Virus record (IMG/VR): IMGVR_UViG_3300028641_000003
DNA: 55,163 nucleotides
Strand: one strand, 5' to 3'
DNA from: an uncultured virus (IMG/VR IMGVR_UViG_3300028641_000003)
Lineage: Duplodnaviria > Heunggongvirae > Uroviricota > Caudoviricetes
Shown here: positions 1 to 10,842 of the stretch, piece by piece
Position numbering within the stretch: position 1 is the stretch's first letter
Layout of the letters: each line of letters opens with the position of its first letter
Made by a program: the position numbers and the translations under genes
The notes under the pieces: generated by a model
Told to the model about the DNA's origin: nothing
Database searches by the model: none
What the model saw: only the letters and a program-made list of their open reading frames with translations

Positions 1-2171
1 ACCTTTATATTATTCATATATAAGAAGTTAAGAGATGCGGATCCACCTTCTTCTATGGTATATGTTTCAACTTCTGGATCATACGACTGACTTATCTGTT
101 TTGTAAATGTTTCGTGATTGTTTATATCGTTATTAAATCTTAAATTAGTTGCTTTAATCCATTCCAGATACTTTGGTTTTATGTCAAGTTCTTTTTCAGC
201 CGTAGTCCAAAGAGTTTCATCTGGATCAAGAATATTCACCGCTACATCTTTCAATTCCATTATACCATTCTTGCATCCTACGCCATAGTTACCACCCGTT
301 TCTATTTCGGTGTATTGAATAGTAACTGCTTGGTTTCCCTCTTCATCAACAGTCTGAATCTTGACTGAATCCTTTTGTAATGATACGCCTTCAAATAATG
401 TTATCCATTCGCCGCAGGCTTGTTGACCGTAAACAGATCCACCCGTTTCATTATTGACGTTATTGGATATTCTTGTTTCCATGTCGTTGAGGCGAACATA
501 TGCTGATACTAAACTACCAGATACTTGTAACTTAAATTCATAATAAGAGTCATCATTAAAGACATATGCTTCGCAGTTATTAACGACTGGCTTATTGTAG
601 AGTGGCGAATCAGCAGTCCCAAGATTTATTTTTTGTATTATTGCTGTTTCATCAGAAGGATTCTTGACAACTCTTGACAATGACACCCACGAATTTCTTG
701 TGTTGATACTAAATCTATAGTATTCTCCAATATTTGCATAAAAATCACTGGAATTTTTTATACCCCTGAAAATAAAGAAAATTTCATTTTCAGAATATCT
801 GAAGCTTTCTATGGTGTTTGGGTCGTTTATCTTTTTGAATGACCATACAACATTGGCATCAAAGTTCTTAACACTACGATTTGTGTTTGCTATTACAGAT
901 GATATAGTATTTTCTTCAGATAAAGCATATGACAGAGTTATTTTATCTCCATAATCTATCACATCTGGAGATACCTGTAGTATTCCGAGATTGGATGGGT
1001 CTTGCCTTACAGGAATATTCTCATCAAGTGTATATACAAATGGTTCTTGTTGATATGATTCTTCTTCAATTAGTAAGTTTCCATTATTGTTTCTTACATC
1101 GGTAACATATACGGGTTTCTTTTCAATTTCAAACTCGTACCAACCTTCTGTGCTACCGGACATAGTAACAGTAGCTACTTGATCAACATCAAATTCGACC
1201 TTTTCTATTTGGTGATAGTTGTCTATTATTATAGAGTTTAGTGTTTTCTTTATCATTCCATTATCATTGGAGTTACCAACAACACGAATGTCGTTCCACT
1301 TAAACCCGTGTTTGTTGTTCTCCACATCATAGTCAAGGAATAGTTCGTCAATAAGACCAACTGGAGTCTGTCCCCAATTCTTGGTCCAAAGCTCTATTGC
1401 CTTTCCATCTATACTGAAGAAACTTAAGAAAGAACTGATATCTTGATTAGTTCCTTTTTTACGAAATAACTCAGAGCTATGAATGAGGAATCTTCTAAAA
1501 TAATTGATTTCCTTATCGGTTGCCTTATTTCTTGAAATTCTATCGTATATATCATATTCTTCGAAATTTCCAGATTCTTCTTCATTTTTATATCCCACTT
1601 TGGACGAATATAGTGAATCATGTCCAAGAGTTAGTGCTAGATATTCGAAGTAAAGAGGATTTATTTCATTAGCATCCCATAAGCTATATAATGATTTGGT
1701 ATCTTTGTAAATTCTTTCGAATAACTTTGCGGCTGATTTGTAAAAATCATCCGTTGCAACATTTTGCGTGTATGACCATGTTGGATTAAAATCATAGAAA
1801 AGCTTAAGAAACTTAGACTGAACGGTAACATCAATATATCCGCGAGTTTTAAAGTAGAAAACTCTCCCGTCTATGGTTAAAAATGGCTCTGACCATATCG
1901 TTAAGTAAACTTGGAATATTCCGCTATCAGAAAATTTGTAGCTAAGCGAATCATCCGAAAATGATTTTCCGTCACTTGTGTCCCATTGTATTTTGGATAT
2001 TGATGTTACTATATAGTCTTCTGGGTTTATTTCGCTTTTTTCAACGTTTCCGTCTATTTCGAAATCAGATGGCAAAGACCCAACCGTAGAATTATTCGAT
2101 ACTATGAATAATTCGTTTGCATATATAAGAAGATTATGTGATATCTCTGGTATTGCTTTAAATGTTGCCAT
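1..2171 (-). CDS. Baseplate wedge protein (T4 gp7/P2 gpI-like), runs off the window start
   Basis: Hand translation of the first ~280 codons from ATG 2171 (MATFKAIPEIS...YLALTLG...LFRKKGT...SFFSIDGKAIELW). Absent from the ORF track, consistent with an ORF running off the edge. Follows the gp6-like gene. Confidence 0.7.
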   Translation of the reverse strand, partial: MATFKAIPEISHNLLIYANELFIVSNNSTVGSLPSDFEIDGNVEKSEINPEDYIVTSISKIQWDTSDGKSFSDDSLSYKFSDSGIFQVYLTIWSEPFLTIDGRVFYFKTRGYIDVTVQSKFLKLFYDFNPTWSYTQNVATDDFYKSAAKLFERIYKDTKSLYSLWDANEINPLYFEYLALTLGHDSLYSSKVGYKNEEESGNFEEYDIYDRISRNKATDKEINYFRRFLIHSSELFRKKGTNQDISSFLSFFSIDGKAIELWTKNWGQTPVGLIDELFLDYDVENNKHGFKWNDIRVVGNSNDNGMIKKTLNSIIIDNYHQIEKVEFDVDQVATVTMSGSTEGWYEFEIEKKPVYVTDVRNNNGNLLIEEESYQQEPFVYTLDENIPVRQDPSNLGILQVSPDVIDYGDKITLSYALSEENTISSVIANTNRSVKNFDANVVWSFKKINDPNTIESFRYSENEIFFIFRGIKNSSDFYANIGEYYRFSINTRNSWVSLSRVVKNPSDETAIIQKINLGTADSPLYNKPVVNNCEAYVFNDDSYYEFKLQVSGSLVSAYVRLNDMETRISNNVNNETGGSVYGQQACGEWITLFEGVSLQKDSVKIQTVDEEGNQAVTIQYTEIETGGNYGVGCKNGIMELKDVAVNILDPDETLWTTAEKELDIKPKYLEWIKATNLRFNNDINNHETFTKQISQSYDPEVETYTIEEGGSASLNFLYMNNIK

Positions 2172-2172
2172 A

Positions 2173-5100
2173 TTATTCTTCTCTTTCAATTATTACATCA
2201 CCAAGTTTTGGGAACTCAAATTCAGATAGTTTAATATCTAAGGTGTAGTTCCATTCTCGTGTTCCGTCTATCTTAAGCGTGTCGAATAGAGGCTGAACAA
2301 CCTTGACAAGAGACGGATCCTTTGCTATAAGAGACATTATTTTGTTTCTTCTTGCAATGTCAACGTCTACATCAGATTGGCGGAAGTTTATATCATAATC
2401 AGCCGCATTAAATTTATTATCAGGGTCTTTGTTTAACATGATTTCCACAGATTCAACATAATCTATTTGCATAAGGAAGATTATATCAGATGATCTAATA
2501 GTTTCTCCAAGAGTATGATTGTCTGGTGAGAAATAATCTTGGATATTCTTTCTCATTTCTGTTTCTATTTGCTCACCGCTTCCGAATTTTGACTTTTTGT
2601 ATCTTATTGATACATCTATAGGTATCCATTTAGCAGCGGTCACTACATGCTCAGCACCTATCATCTTGAAAGTGGAGTTATCTAACTTTTTTATCATAGC
2701 GTCTGAAAGAGACTTTGATATTATGTTACTTCCGTCTTTATTTAACCCCACGACAAATATGTGATTGAACCAGTACTTTGATTGCTCGCTTTCAGGAATT
2801 AGTCCAGCGTCTTTAATTTCCTGATAGGTTAGTACTTTTGAAGTTTGGAGATAGTTACTGAATACTTCTCGAATGTATCTTTCATAATCTGCCAACGAGA
2901 CGTTTCTTTCTTGCGTTACAAAGGTATTTGTAATGTTTTGGCGTATTTCATCAACAGTTTCTATTTCATTTCCACCAAATGCTATCTTATTCTGAATGAT
3001 TGAAATATCACCTGTACGCAACGGCGTTTTTTCAGAATCTATTATCTTGGAAGATGGTGCGTTTCCGCTGAAGTAAAGAGATGACTTTAGTCCGACTAGG
3101 CTTACGAAGTTTTTCTCGAAGTTAATATTGGTATTATCATCACCAATTATGTACTTAGAAAGTACAACATCTTTACTTAAAGCGTTTTTTGCTATGTTTC
3201 CGTCTTTGCCAACCGATACAAGCCCAAATACGAAAATTTCTTTATCAATTACCGTGCTTCCCCATACTTCACCATCACCAAATTCAATCATAGTCTTCTT
3301 GTCGGGGTTTACCTTCACATAATATACTTCATTACCAGGGGACGGATCGCCATCATATCCCGCCCCTGCCCTATCCCACTCATCCCATGTTCCAGCAGTA
3401 TTTTTGACAAATACCCTAATAGAATTCGTAGAAACAGTATCGTCATTTATAATTAATCTAACGTCATTCTGAAATACTCTTGTTGGATCTACGCTCATAT
3501 TAAGCTTATTGTTGTTATCATCTACAACGGTATTTGCGTTAATATAACTATATGATATTGTTCCCTGCATCAACCCATTTATTTCAAATGTTTCGGGAAT
3601 GTTATTGAAGTAAAGACCCGGTATTTGAAGCTCTGTACTGGTTTGACCACTGAAGTCAATTTCTCCGTGTTTTTGATATGTGTAGTCTGCGGCATTACTA
3701 TCGACATACCAATCAATATCAATTGTCTGATCTGTATTTGGTTCTGCCTTTATTGTAAATCCACTACTTGATTTGTTTGAGTAGAATACCCTAACGTTCT
3801 TATTTGGTACGAGTTGAATAGCATAGTTATTATCGTTAATTGGGACATTTAAATTTACAGGAACTCCGCTTTGTGCCTGGGCAGGAGAAAGAGTTATTTT
3901 TCCTGTTTGTCTATAAGCAGATGCTAATTCCACTGGAACCGAATCTGCGCCATAGTAGTTGAATATACTCCAACTTACCTTTCCAAAAAAGTCCTTTTCG
4001 GTGGCTATGGTAAATCCGTTTTCCGTAATGTTTTCGTACCAAACTTCCACATTATCATTTGGCGTCAATTGAATCATGTAGTTAGAAACATCACCATCAA
4101 CCGATACACCAAGCGGAACTGGGGTGTTAAATGAAACATCAACGCTAGTAGTTTTTAATCTTGATATCTTAGTCGCTGTCCAGCTAATGTAACCCTCGAA
4201 TTGTGTATTTGGCTCAACATATAAGTCAAACGAACGCTCGCTTTTATTCGAGTGCCATGTTCTTACATTTCCCTCTGGCGTAATATTTATTGCATAATCG
4301 GTTGGAGATTCGCCGGGCTGTAAAACAAATGGCTTATCAAAAATAATACGCTGAAAGCGTGTGTCTCTTTCAAAATATACCCTGCTGCCCTTTTGTTCTG
4401 TTGTTAGTGCGCTATCATTTGCAACAAATTTAAGATCCCCAAACTTGTTGCCGGATGTAGTTTCAAGTGTTTTTGTTCCGGTTGCTCCGTCCGTATATTT
4501 TGTGTTTATTTTAGCTATAGTTACCTGATTACTTATTGGCTCCTGTGAAGTAACTATGAGTTGGGCGTTATAATTTGTTTCTGGGGAGTTTTCGTCACCT
4601 ATTGCCAAATTTACATTATATTCTGATATACCAGAGTCCCAATAATTTGATGGTATTTTCTGAGATTGTATTGTTCCACTATTAAAAGTTAATATTTTTC
4701 CATTAACAAGAACCCCAAGAGGCGGCGAGCTTCCGTCTTTATTAATAACTAGCTTTATTCTTTCGACAGAATTTGTCGTTCCGCCAAGTGTATCATATTC
4801 CAATCTGCATGATTCAAGATTTTGAATTCCAGTTACTCCCACCATAAATCTTTGGTACGAATTCATGTCCACAACTTCTAATCTGTAAAATGTATTAGTA
4901 TTATCGGTTGGAACTAATCTAAAAGTACATATAACATCGTCAAGCTTATCATTAATAACATTGTCCGACTCAGCGACAGTCATATATGGCGTCGATGTTG
5001 AAATGTCAAAGTTAAATATAAGAGAATAGATGATGTTTGGTAGGAGAGGATTGGCATATTCAAGGGTATTGACAGTTCTTACGAATGGCTGCCCTATGCT

Positions 5101-5793
5101 CTGATTGTCTGCTGGATTTGACTTGGGGTAATTTTCAACGTCAAATGGTCTATAATTATCACTTGAAGTTTTTACTATTATTGATAGTGGTTTAAGTAGA
5201 GATAGAGGCAAAGAAATTTTGGTTGGGTCAATGCCAATGACACTTCCACCAATATCGAAAAAGCTTGCCCTTGCTGTTGTTGGCATGGAATATCCGGCAT
5301 ATCTAAGATCGCTATCTTCTAGCTGTCTTATACCATAGCCCTTGGTTATGTATACAACTGGCTTTGGGTTGGTAAATGAAAACGATTTTCCATCTTTTGT
5401 TGGTGTATCAGAGGGGAAAATAGAATATGCTGGTATTTCAATATACTTTCCTATTTTTCCAAAAACATATTCTGGATTTAAAGACCCTACCACATCTACT
5501 TCGGCAGACAGTCTTCCACGAGCGTTATATCTCAATGTGTTGCCGATTTTATTTAAGCTCTTATAAAGTTTAGCAGTTGGCTGAAAAATTTCATTTGCGG
5601 CGGCGTGGTTGTAGTAGCTATTTTGCGATCCTATGGCAGCTATTTGTTCCAATAAAACACTGATGTTGGATCCTTCTATGTTGAAGTCCTTGTAGGTGCT
5701 TGTCTCTCGCAAGTTATTAGATATCTCATTTATAATTTCTTGGAAATCGAAATTAGTATATGATATAGTCTTCTTTTCTTTGGATTTATCCAT
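2173..5793 (-). CDS. Baseplate wedge subunit, T4 gp6-like, with internal repeat insertion
   Basis: N-terminal DF.EI..YKDFNIEGSNISVLLE, IEFGDG, GG.E.ETVDEIR and ERNVSLADYE motifs of gp6/baseplate J. Confidence 0.85.
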   Translation of the reverse strand: MDKSKEKKTISYTNFDFQEIINEISNNLRETSTYKDFNIEGSNISVLLEQIAAIGSQNSYYNHAAANEIFQPTAKLYKSLNKIGNTLRYNARGRLSAEVDVVGSLNPEYVFGKIGKYIEIPAYSIFPSDTPTKDGKSFSFTNPKPVVYITKGYGIRQLEDSDLRYAGYSMPTTARASFFDIGGSVIGIDPTKISLPLSLLKPLSIIVKTSSDNYRPFDVENYPKSNPADNQSIGQPFVRTVNTLEYANPLLPNIIYSLIFNFDISTSTPYMTVAESDNVINDKLDDVICTFRLVPTDNTNTFYRLEVVDMNSYQRFMVGVTGIQNLESCRLEYDTLGGTTNSVERIKLVINKDGSSPPLGVLVNGKILTFNSGTIQSQKIPSNYWDSGISEYNVNLAIGDENSPETNYNAQLIVTSQEPISNQVTIAKINTKYTDGATGTKTLETTSGNKFGDLKFVANDSALTTEQKGSRVYFERDTRFQRIIFDKPFVLQPGESPTDYAINITPEGNVRTWHSNKSERSFDLYVEPNTQFEGYISWTATKISRLKTTSVDVSFNTPVPLGVSVDGDVSNYMIQLTPNDNVEVWYENITENGFTIATEKDFFGKVSWSIFNYYGADSVPVELASAYRQTGKITLSPAQAQSGVPVNLNVPINDNNYAIQLVPNKNVRVFYSNKSSSGFTIKAEPNTDQTIDIDWYVDSNAADYTYQKHGEIDFSGQTSTELQIPGLYFNNIPETFEINGLMQGTISYSYINANTVVDDNNNKLNMSVDPTRVFQNDVRLIINDDTVSTNSIRVFVKNTAGTWDEWDRAGAGYDGDPSPGNEVYYVKVNPDKKTMIEFGDGEVWGSTVIDKEIFVFGLVSVGKDGNIAKNALSKDVVLSKYIIGDDNTNINFEKNFVSLVGLKSSLYFSGNAPSSKIIDSEKTPLRTGDISIIQNKIAFGGNEIETVDEIRQNITNTFVTQERNVSLADYERYIREVFSNYLQTSKVLTYQEIKDAGLIPESEQSKYWFNHIFVVGLNKDGSNIISKSLSDAMIKKLDNSTFKMIGAEHVVTAAKWIPIDVSIRYKKSKFGSGEQIETEMRKNIQDYFSPDNHTLGETIRSSDIIFLMQIDYVESVEIMLNKDPDNKFNAADYDINFRQSDVDVDIARRNKIMSLIAKDPSLVKVVQPLFDTLKIDGTREWNYTLDIKLSEFEFPKLGDVIIEREE

Positions 5794-5800
5794 TTGTCAC

Positions 5801-6199
5801 CTATATTTTCTGCAATGTGAAAGTAATCGAATCTCGTTCTTGTAGGTTTAATATTGTATATGTTATGTCTATTTGATAAACTTGAGTATCTAAAAACATG
5901 TTGACATTTACATTATTAATACTTATTCTCGGTTCCCATCTTGATAGCGAATTACTAATATCGTTTCCTATAGAATTTCCAGTTTCTTCATCAAATGGCT
6001 CAAATAAGTAGCTCTCTATCATACAACCAAAGCTTGGGTTAAGATGACGGGATCCGCGTCTTGTATGTAAGATATTAAACATCGACTGTCTAATCGAATC
6101 CTTAAAATTCGTCACAGGTATGTCACCAGTGGCATCTAACTTCATATTAAATGGTAAATCGGAATATACACCGACTTTATCCTGCGTTCTTTTTGCCAT
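5801..6199 (-). CDS. Baseplate protein gp25/GPW-like
   Basis: YSDL, SIRQS..NIL.T..G.R...P.FG, LFEP, WEPRI motifs. Confidence 0.9.
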   Translation of the reverse strand: MAKRTQDKVGVYSDLPFNMKLDATGDIPVTNFKDSIRQSMFNILHTRRGSRHLNPSFGCMIESYLFEPFDEETGNSIGNDISNSLSRWEPRISINNVNVNMFLDTQVYQIDITYTILNLQERDSITFTLQKI

Positions 6200-6234
6200 T
6201 TATTCCTCATTAGTATATTTATACAAATTATATA

Positions 6235-7869
6235 TTATACTTCTCTACCAAGGAATGTATCATTTTTAATAGTTGGTTGCTGCGGTGGAGGTCGCGATAC
6301 AGAATTTCCTTGTTTGTCTTCGTAGGCTGGCGGGTTTGGCGGTTCTAGCGTTGTTTCTGTTCCTGCTACAAATTTGACCGGATCCGGAGGTATAGGCGGC
6401 TTAGGAGGTATTGGTGTTCCTGGGTATGGCATTGCAAATCCGGCTATTGGTCCAGGGAAAGCTCCTGGGTGGCGGGCATTTATCGTATGTGAGCTACACA
6501 TCTTGTCACCACCAAATCCAGCTTGATCTATTCTGAATGTGGATCCTGCGTTGACATGGAATCCACTTGGGGTACATGTGACGCTGTATTGGGTACACTT
6601 GAAAGAAGTGTCGGATGATGAAGATATGTTTAGGGATGCGCCGGATTCGAAGTTTATATCACCAGCAGCTTTAAAGCTTATATTAGAAGAAGATTCTACG
6701 GAAAGATCCGAATTACATTTTATAGAGGTCTTTCCCACTGATTCAACTGTCAATTTACCCTCGACCTTTGCAGTTAAATCCTTTTCGACATGAACTTGGG
6801 CATTTCCTTTGACGTTTAAATTTGTATTGCCCCCTGTATCTATATTGACATCCCCCGTTTCTACAACAATGTTAACATTGCCGTTTCTGGAAACAATTCC
6901 TATGTTTTTATTGGCATTTAACTGATAGTCGCCCTCTACTTGAATAGATTTACTTTTGTTTACAAATATTTCAAAATCGCCGCCTATATGTAATTCATAA
7001 TTATTGGCTACTAGGTTTTCTAAGTCATTTGCCTTTCCGGCATTGTTACTATCCTTGAATCCATTATTCCCCACCATTATCTTACGTTGACCGTTATGTT
7101 CTATATATTCAATAGTTCCCTTGTGAATTATGTAATGTTTCTCTAGGTTGTCTTTATTCACGATAATATGCGTAACACCACCGGGAGATGTATAGCTTGT
7201 TATATGATAATTTTCAATATCGTCAATATTGAAAATTTCTATTTTTGGTTTTTCGTTGATTGTCTTTATCTTAGCGTTTTGAGTTGTGGTGAACTTTCCT
7301 TTATGTTCTTCTTTATCAATAAGTGGGTCAATGTTGTCTTGCCAAAACTTAACATTGTCCTTTTTGATTTTTATTTCATTTACGAGCTTATTTTTCTGTT
7401 TCACCCAGTCATCTTTTTTTGGTGCTAAAGACCAGTATTGTGGTCTGGTATGATCATTATTTTCAAAGAATACCCATACTTGTGATCCCTTACGGGGAGT
7501 AGTGTATATTCCACCAGTTCCGTCGCTTTCTTGTATAGGATCTACGAAAGATATAGTTAGATCGTCAGATGTTCGCTGCGGTGGGATAAAGTTGCTGCCA
7601 CCACCCGGTTTATATCTATCAGAATCTTTGCCTGTTTTATTGTCAAGGTTCTTACCACCAGAATAATACATCGCTAAGCATGGTTCTGCCCACGGCAAAT
7701 GATCGACCGGAGTCTCGTTAACATCAAGAGAGTGAATTCCAGATATTCTTACGCGAACTCTACCAAGCTGAAGAGGATCTTCGTTATCTTCTACTATGGC
7801 TCTGTAGTTGCCAGGAAAGTCGTAGTCTTCTTTCCCGAATGAATTTGCATCTATTTCGCTTGGCGTCAT
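6235..7869 (-). CDS. Baseplate hub/spike gp5 (VgrG-like OB fold plus beta-helix)
   Basis: VEDNEDPLQLGRVRVRI, LPWA, P..GSQVWVFFE motifs; repetitive beta-helix C-terminal half. Confidence 0.9.
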   Translation of the reverse strand: MTPSEIDANSFGKEDYDFPGNYRAIVEDNEDPLQLGRVRVRISGIHSLDVNETPVDHLPWAEPCLAMYYSGGKNLDNKTGKDSDRYKPGGGSNFIPPQRTSDDLTISFVDPIQESDGTGGIYTTPRKGSQVWVFFENNDHTRPQYWSLAPKKDDWVKQKNKLVNEIKIKKDNVKFWQDNIDPLIDKEEHKGKFTTTQNAKIKTINEKPKIEIFNIDDIENYHITSYTSPGGVTHIIVNKDNLEKHYIIHKGTIEYIEHNGQRKIMVGNNGFKDSNNAGKANDLENLVANNYELHIGGDFEIFVNKSKSIQVEGDYQLNANKNIGIVSRNGNVNIVVETGDVNIDTGGNTNLNVKGNAQVHVEKDLTAKVEGKLTVESVGKTSIKCNSDLSVESSSNISFKAAGDINFESGASLNISSSSDTSFKCTQYSVTCTPSGFHVNAGSTFRIDQAGFGGDKMCSSHTINARHPGAFPGPIAGFAMPYPGTPIPPKPPIPPDPVKFVAGTETTLEPPNPPAYEDKQGNSVSRPPPQQPTIKNDTFLGREV

Positions 7870-7879
7870 TTATTCCCCA

Positions 7880-8293
7880 TTAGTAAAAATATACCTTCCA
7901 TTTTCTTCTTGACTCAGTAACAGTGAATCCATGGAATATCCACTGTTCTTCTCTTGCTCGTCGGATAAGGTTGCGGTAAGCCTCTTTTGTCGAGGGTATT
8001 ATTACAACTTCTCCAAACATCTCTCTTTTATTTATATTTAACAGAGATGTCGGATCATCTCCAACGATGAACATTATATCCTGCCAGCTACTTTGGAGTA
8101 TATAGAATTCTTTGCTGTCTCTACTATCCCACATATACTTCAGTATGGTATTTTTACAACTACATTTATTATCTGCAATATATGAATCAACATAACTACT
8201 AAGCTGTGGAAAGTGGGCTATTATATCTTGTCTGAACGCTATATTTTCACGAATATAAACTAGTATTTCTGGATTAATTGTCTGTCCCATCAC
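7880..8293 (-). CDS. Hypothetical protein
   Basis: 137-aa ORF tightly packed against gp5. Confidence 0.6.
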   Translation of the reverse strand: MMGQTINPEILVYIRENIAFRQDIIAHFPQLSSYVDSYIADNKCSCKNTILKYMWDSRDSKEFYILQSSWQDIMFIVGDDPTSLLNINKREMFGEVVIIPSTKEAYRNLIRRAREEQWIFHGFTVTESRRKWKVYFY

Positions 8294-8311
8294 TATATTA
8301 TAACAATAAAT

Positions 8312-8341
8312 AAAAACCCACCCAAGTTAAACCTGGGTGGG
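8312..8341 (-). terminator. Intrinsic terminator
   Basis: CCCACCCAGG-TTTAA-CTTGGGTGGG-TTTTT. Confidence 0.75.
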
Positions 8342-8368
8342 AACTGTAATTTTAGTTTTTATTTTTAC

Positions 8369-8644
8369 TTATTCAGCGCCGACTACAGTCTGTATAGTCG
8401 CAGATGCCACATTTGGCAATGTGACCTTAACGCAACGGACAACTTCTCCGCCATAACGAAGACGAGCCTTCTGAGCGCGGTCATAAGACTGCATTCTGAT
8501 AGCCTGATTGCGGAATCCCTTTGCCCAGCGATACTTGGGCTGGTTGGCATTGACGCTGCTGCGCCTGCGGGCGAGATAAGCTCCACCGCTGGTGCGGTCA
8601 CGCACAATGTAATATTCGCTGACGATAACTTTAGTGTTAGACAT
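8369..8644 (-). CDS. Small basic hypothetical protein
   Basis: Start MSNTKV chosen from the CAGGAG RBS; Arg-rich. Confidence 0.65.
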   Translation of the reverse strand: MSNTKVIVSEYYIVRDRTSGGAYLARRRSSVNANQPKYRWAKGFRNQAIRMQSYDRAQKARLRYGGEVVRCVKVTLPNVASATIQTVVGAE

Positions 8645-8728
8645 ATTTTTCTCCTGTGTTTTTATAATACCGAATGAACCTTTCATTCATAACAATATCA
8701 TACAATATTAATCGTATTAATCAATACC

Positions 8729-9550
8729 CTATTTTCCATCACAGTGACCGGATTTATAGTACTTGCACCAATTGCATAGTCTTTGTGGTTTTTTGACCCA
8801 TTTATTCGAATCTTCAAGCTGTATGCCGTTTGTTTTTAATGTTTCTATAGCCCTTTTGACTCTATTTTCGGCGCGTATAATGTCAAATTCTTCTAGGTTA
8901 TAGTATTCCAAAACTTCATCTACGCTCGTTTGGTCTTCGAGACATAAATTAACAATCTCCCCCGTTGCTTCTACAATCTTTTTATCTTTGGTTGTCTTAT
9001 TAATAACATAAAGATAAAATCCAAGCTGCTTGCTGTGATCTTTCTTCTTTTTTCCTGTTTTAAAATCTGTTATGAATAGTTTGTTGTTTATCTCATATAT
9101 ACCATCAACTTTTCCCTGAACATGAATATTCTTTCCATCTACGTTGTCAATATCATATAGATCAAACTGCTCTTCGTGTTTTATTCCCTTGCACTGTGGG
9201 TATCTTTTTGTCAAGTAAAAGTTAGTGTTGTATGCTGCCTTTGCAATCTTAGCTCTATATTCGGGATTTAACTTATTCCAGTATTTTTCCTTAAGATTTT
9301 CATCTTCTTTGAATAATTTTAATAATCCCTTTATTTCCTCGCCAGCACCGCCTTTATAGTTTTCGATTATTATGTGTAACATGCGCCCAAAAACCAATGC
9401 TGTTTGGTCATCTGGTACTTTTATCTTTGCTATATATTGAAGATAGTATTGATAGTGGCATTTTTCCATCGTATCAATAGATGAAGTAGAAAGAGTTATT
9501 CCTTCTTTTTGCTTCTTTCCGAATTTCTCTATTATTTGGTATTTTGACAT
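8729..9550 (-). CDS. PD-(D/E)XK nuclease, Cas4/RecB-like
   Basis: LS.SS....C..QY, G..LH, GKVD, ITDFKTG, QLGFY and C-terminal CNWCKY....C Fe-S cluster cysteines. Confidence 0.85.
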   Translation of the reverse strand: MSKYQIIEKFGKKQKEGITLSTSSIDTMEKCHYQYYLQYIAKIKVPDDQTALVFGRMLHIIIENYKGGAGEEIKGLLKLFKEDENLKEKYWNKLNPEYRAKIAKAAYNTNFYLTKRYPQCKGIKHEEQFDLYDIDNVDGKNIHVQGKVDGIYEINNKLFITDFKTGKKKKDHSKQLGFYLYVINKTTKDKKIVEATGEIVNLCLEDQTSVDEVLEYYNLEEFDIIRAENRVKRAIETLKTNGIQLEDSNKWVKKPQRLCNWCKYYKSGHCDGK

Positions 9551-9551
9551 T

Positions 9552-9812
9552 TTAAAATACTACATATACAGCTATTTTTTTGGGAGAAAGAGAGGACACG
9601 ATATCGGAAAAAGCTTCTAACTGGCTCCATTCTATGATGATGGTGTCGTGTGAGAATGAAGATTCTTCGAAATCTGAATATTGGTCTGATTCACATTCTA
9701 CAAGATCCATTTCAACTATCTTTCCAAGAACTCTTGCAATATTATCTTCATCTCTATCAACACTGTGAACCCCAACAACAAAATCTTCATCTTCATTGCA
9801 ATAATATATCAT
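9552..9812 (-). CDS. Acidic hypothetical protein
   Basis: 86-aa ORF in operon-like packing. Confidence 0.6.
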   Translation of the reverse strand: MIYYCNEDEDFVVGVHSVDRDEDNIARVLGKIVEMDLVECESDQYSDFEESSFSHDTIIIEWSQLEAFSDIVSSLSPKKIAVYVVF

Positions 9813-10144
9813 TCATTATCTCCGTTTAGTGAATTTTGTATTTCTTTATTTTTCGGTCTTAGGCAGTCTCTACTGATAATCTCCACGATGAAATCAACAG
9901 TTGAACTCATGATTGATTTCGTATAAATCAATTCTTCGTAATCAGTATAGTCCTTTTTAACCATTAATGGCTCGTAGGATACAACCATGGTCTTCATATC
10001 TGGATAGTATTCTAAGACGCAATCTATCTGATCAAGTATTGCTAATTTTGGATGTAAGTAATGACGTGCCCCAGCTTTAAATATTCTAGGAACATTAGAT
10101 GGGGGAATCCCATAATGATTTCTGGCGCGAAATGGTTTTGACAT
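9809..10144 (-). CDS. Hypothetical protein
   Basis: Likely start MSKPF, 6 nt after TATAAT. Confidence 0.6.
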   Translation of the reverse strand: MSKPFRARNHYGIPPSNVPRIFKAGARHYLHPKLAILDQIDCVLEYYPDMKTMVVSYEPLMVKKDYTDYEELIYTKSIMSSTVDFIVEIISRDCLRPKNKEIQNSLNGDNE

Positions 10145-10167
10145 AATGTTATTATATCGACATTTAT

Positions 10168-10204
10168 AAAAAAACAAAGGCTACTTTGTAGTAGCCTTTG
10201 TTTT
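10168..10204. terminator. Bidirectional intrinsic terminator
   Basis: AAAACAAAGGCTACT-TTGT-AGTAGCCTTTGTTTT. Confidence 0.75.
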
Positions 10205-10842
10205 CACCAGAGGGATATTCCGTTTTCTTCGAGACACTTTATCCAGACATTCTTTTCTCTGGACTTAAATCCCTTCAAAGCTGCCATGATCTTTTCCTCT
10301 TCGGTGAGGGCGCGAGGCTTGTTGGCAAGCTTGAATCCAAACTTCTCTTCGAATTCACGGAGAGAAAGGTTGTCCTTCGCGCTGTTGCAACGACGGCAGG
10401 CAGCAACAACGTTTTCTATAACGTCATTTCCACCCTTGCTTCGTGGTATAACATGGTCACGAGTTCCGGATCGCATTCCAATCTTGGCACCACAGTATTG
10501 ACAGGTGAAATTGTCCCTTATCAAGACATTTCGAAGCGAAGGAGCGTTTAGGCGGTTAGCCGAGTTCTTCTTCGTCTTTGTCCAGTAGGTTAGGCGCATG
10601 ACGGCAGGAATACGATGTGTCCCACTGAACGAGCGGACATTTTCCGACTCGTCAAACCATGCCAGTACTTCCATCTTTGGAAGTCTCTTCATTTCCTTGG
10701 CATACTGTGGGAGAGAAGCATCGTTTGCAATGCTTTCGGGAATGTAGGTCTTGTTCAAAAGATTTAGAGCCTTGCGCCACTTGCGGACGCAAAGAAACTC
10801 GTTTGATGCGTTAAGTATAAGGCAGCTTGGTATGTGTGCCAT
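10204..10842 (-). CDS. HNH endonuclease (McrA-like)
   Basis: LILNAS, RNVLIRDNFTCQYCG, TRDHVIPRSKGG, NVVAACRRCN..K. Confidence 0.9.
   Translation of the reverse strand: MAHIPSCLILNASNEFLCVRKWRKALNLLNKTYIPESIANDASLPQYAKEMKRLPKMEVLAWFDESENVRSFSGTHRIPAVMRLTYWTKTKKNSANRLNAPSLRNVLIRDNFTCQYCGAKIGMRSGTRDHVIPRSKGGNDVIENVVAACRRCNSAKDNLSLREFEEKFGFKLANKPRALTEEEKIMAALKGFKSREKNVWIKCLEENGISLW

Noticed and set aside
1424..1627. 67-aa minus-strand ORF
   Set aside because: Alternative frame inside the long baseplate ORF 1-2171
8729..9550. CRISPR-Cas system suggested by the Cas4-like gene
   Set aside because: No repeat-spacer array or other cas genes; stand-alone Cas4-like nucleases are common in phages
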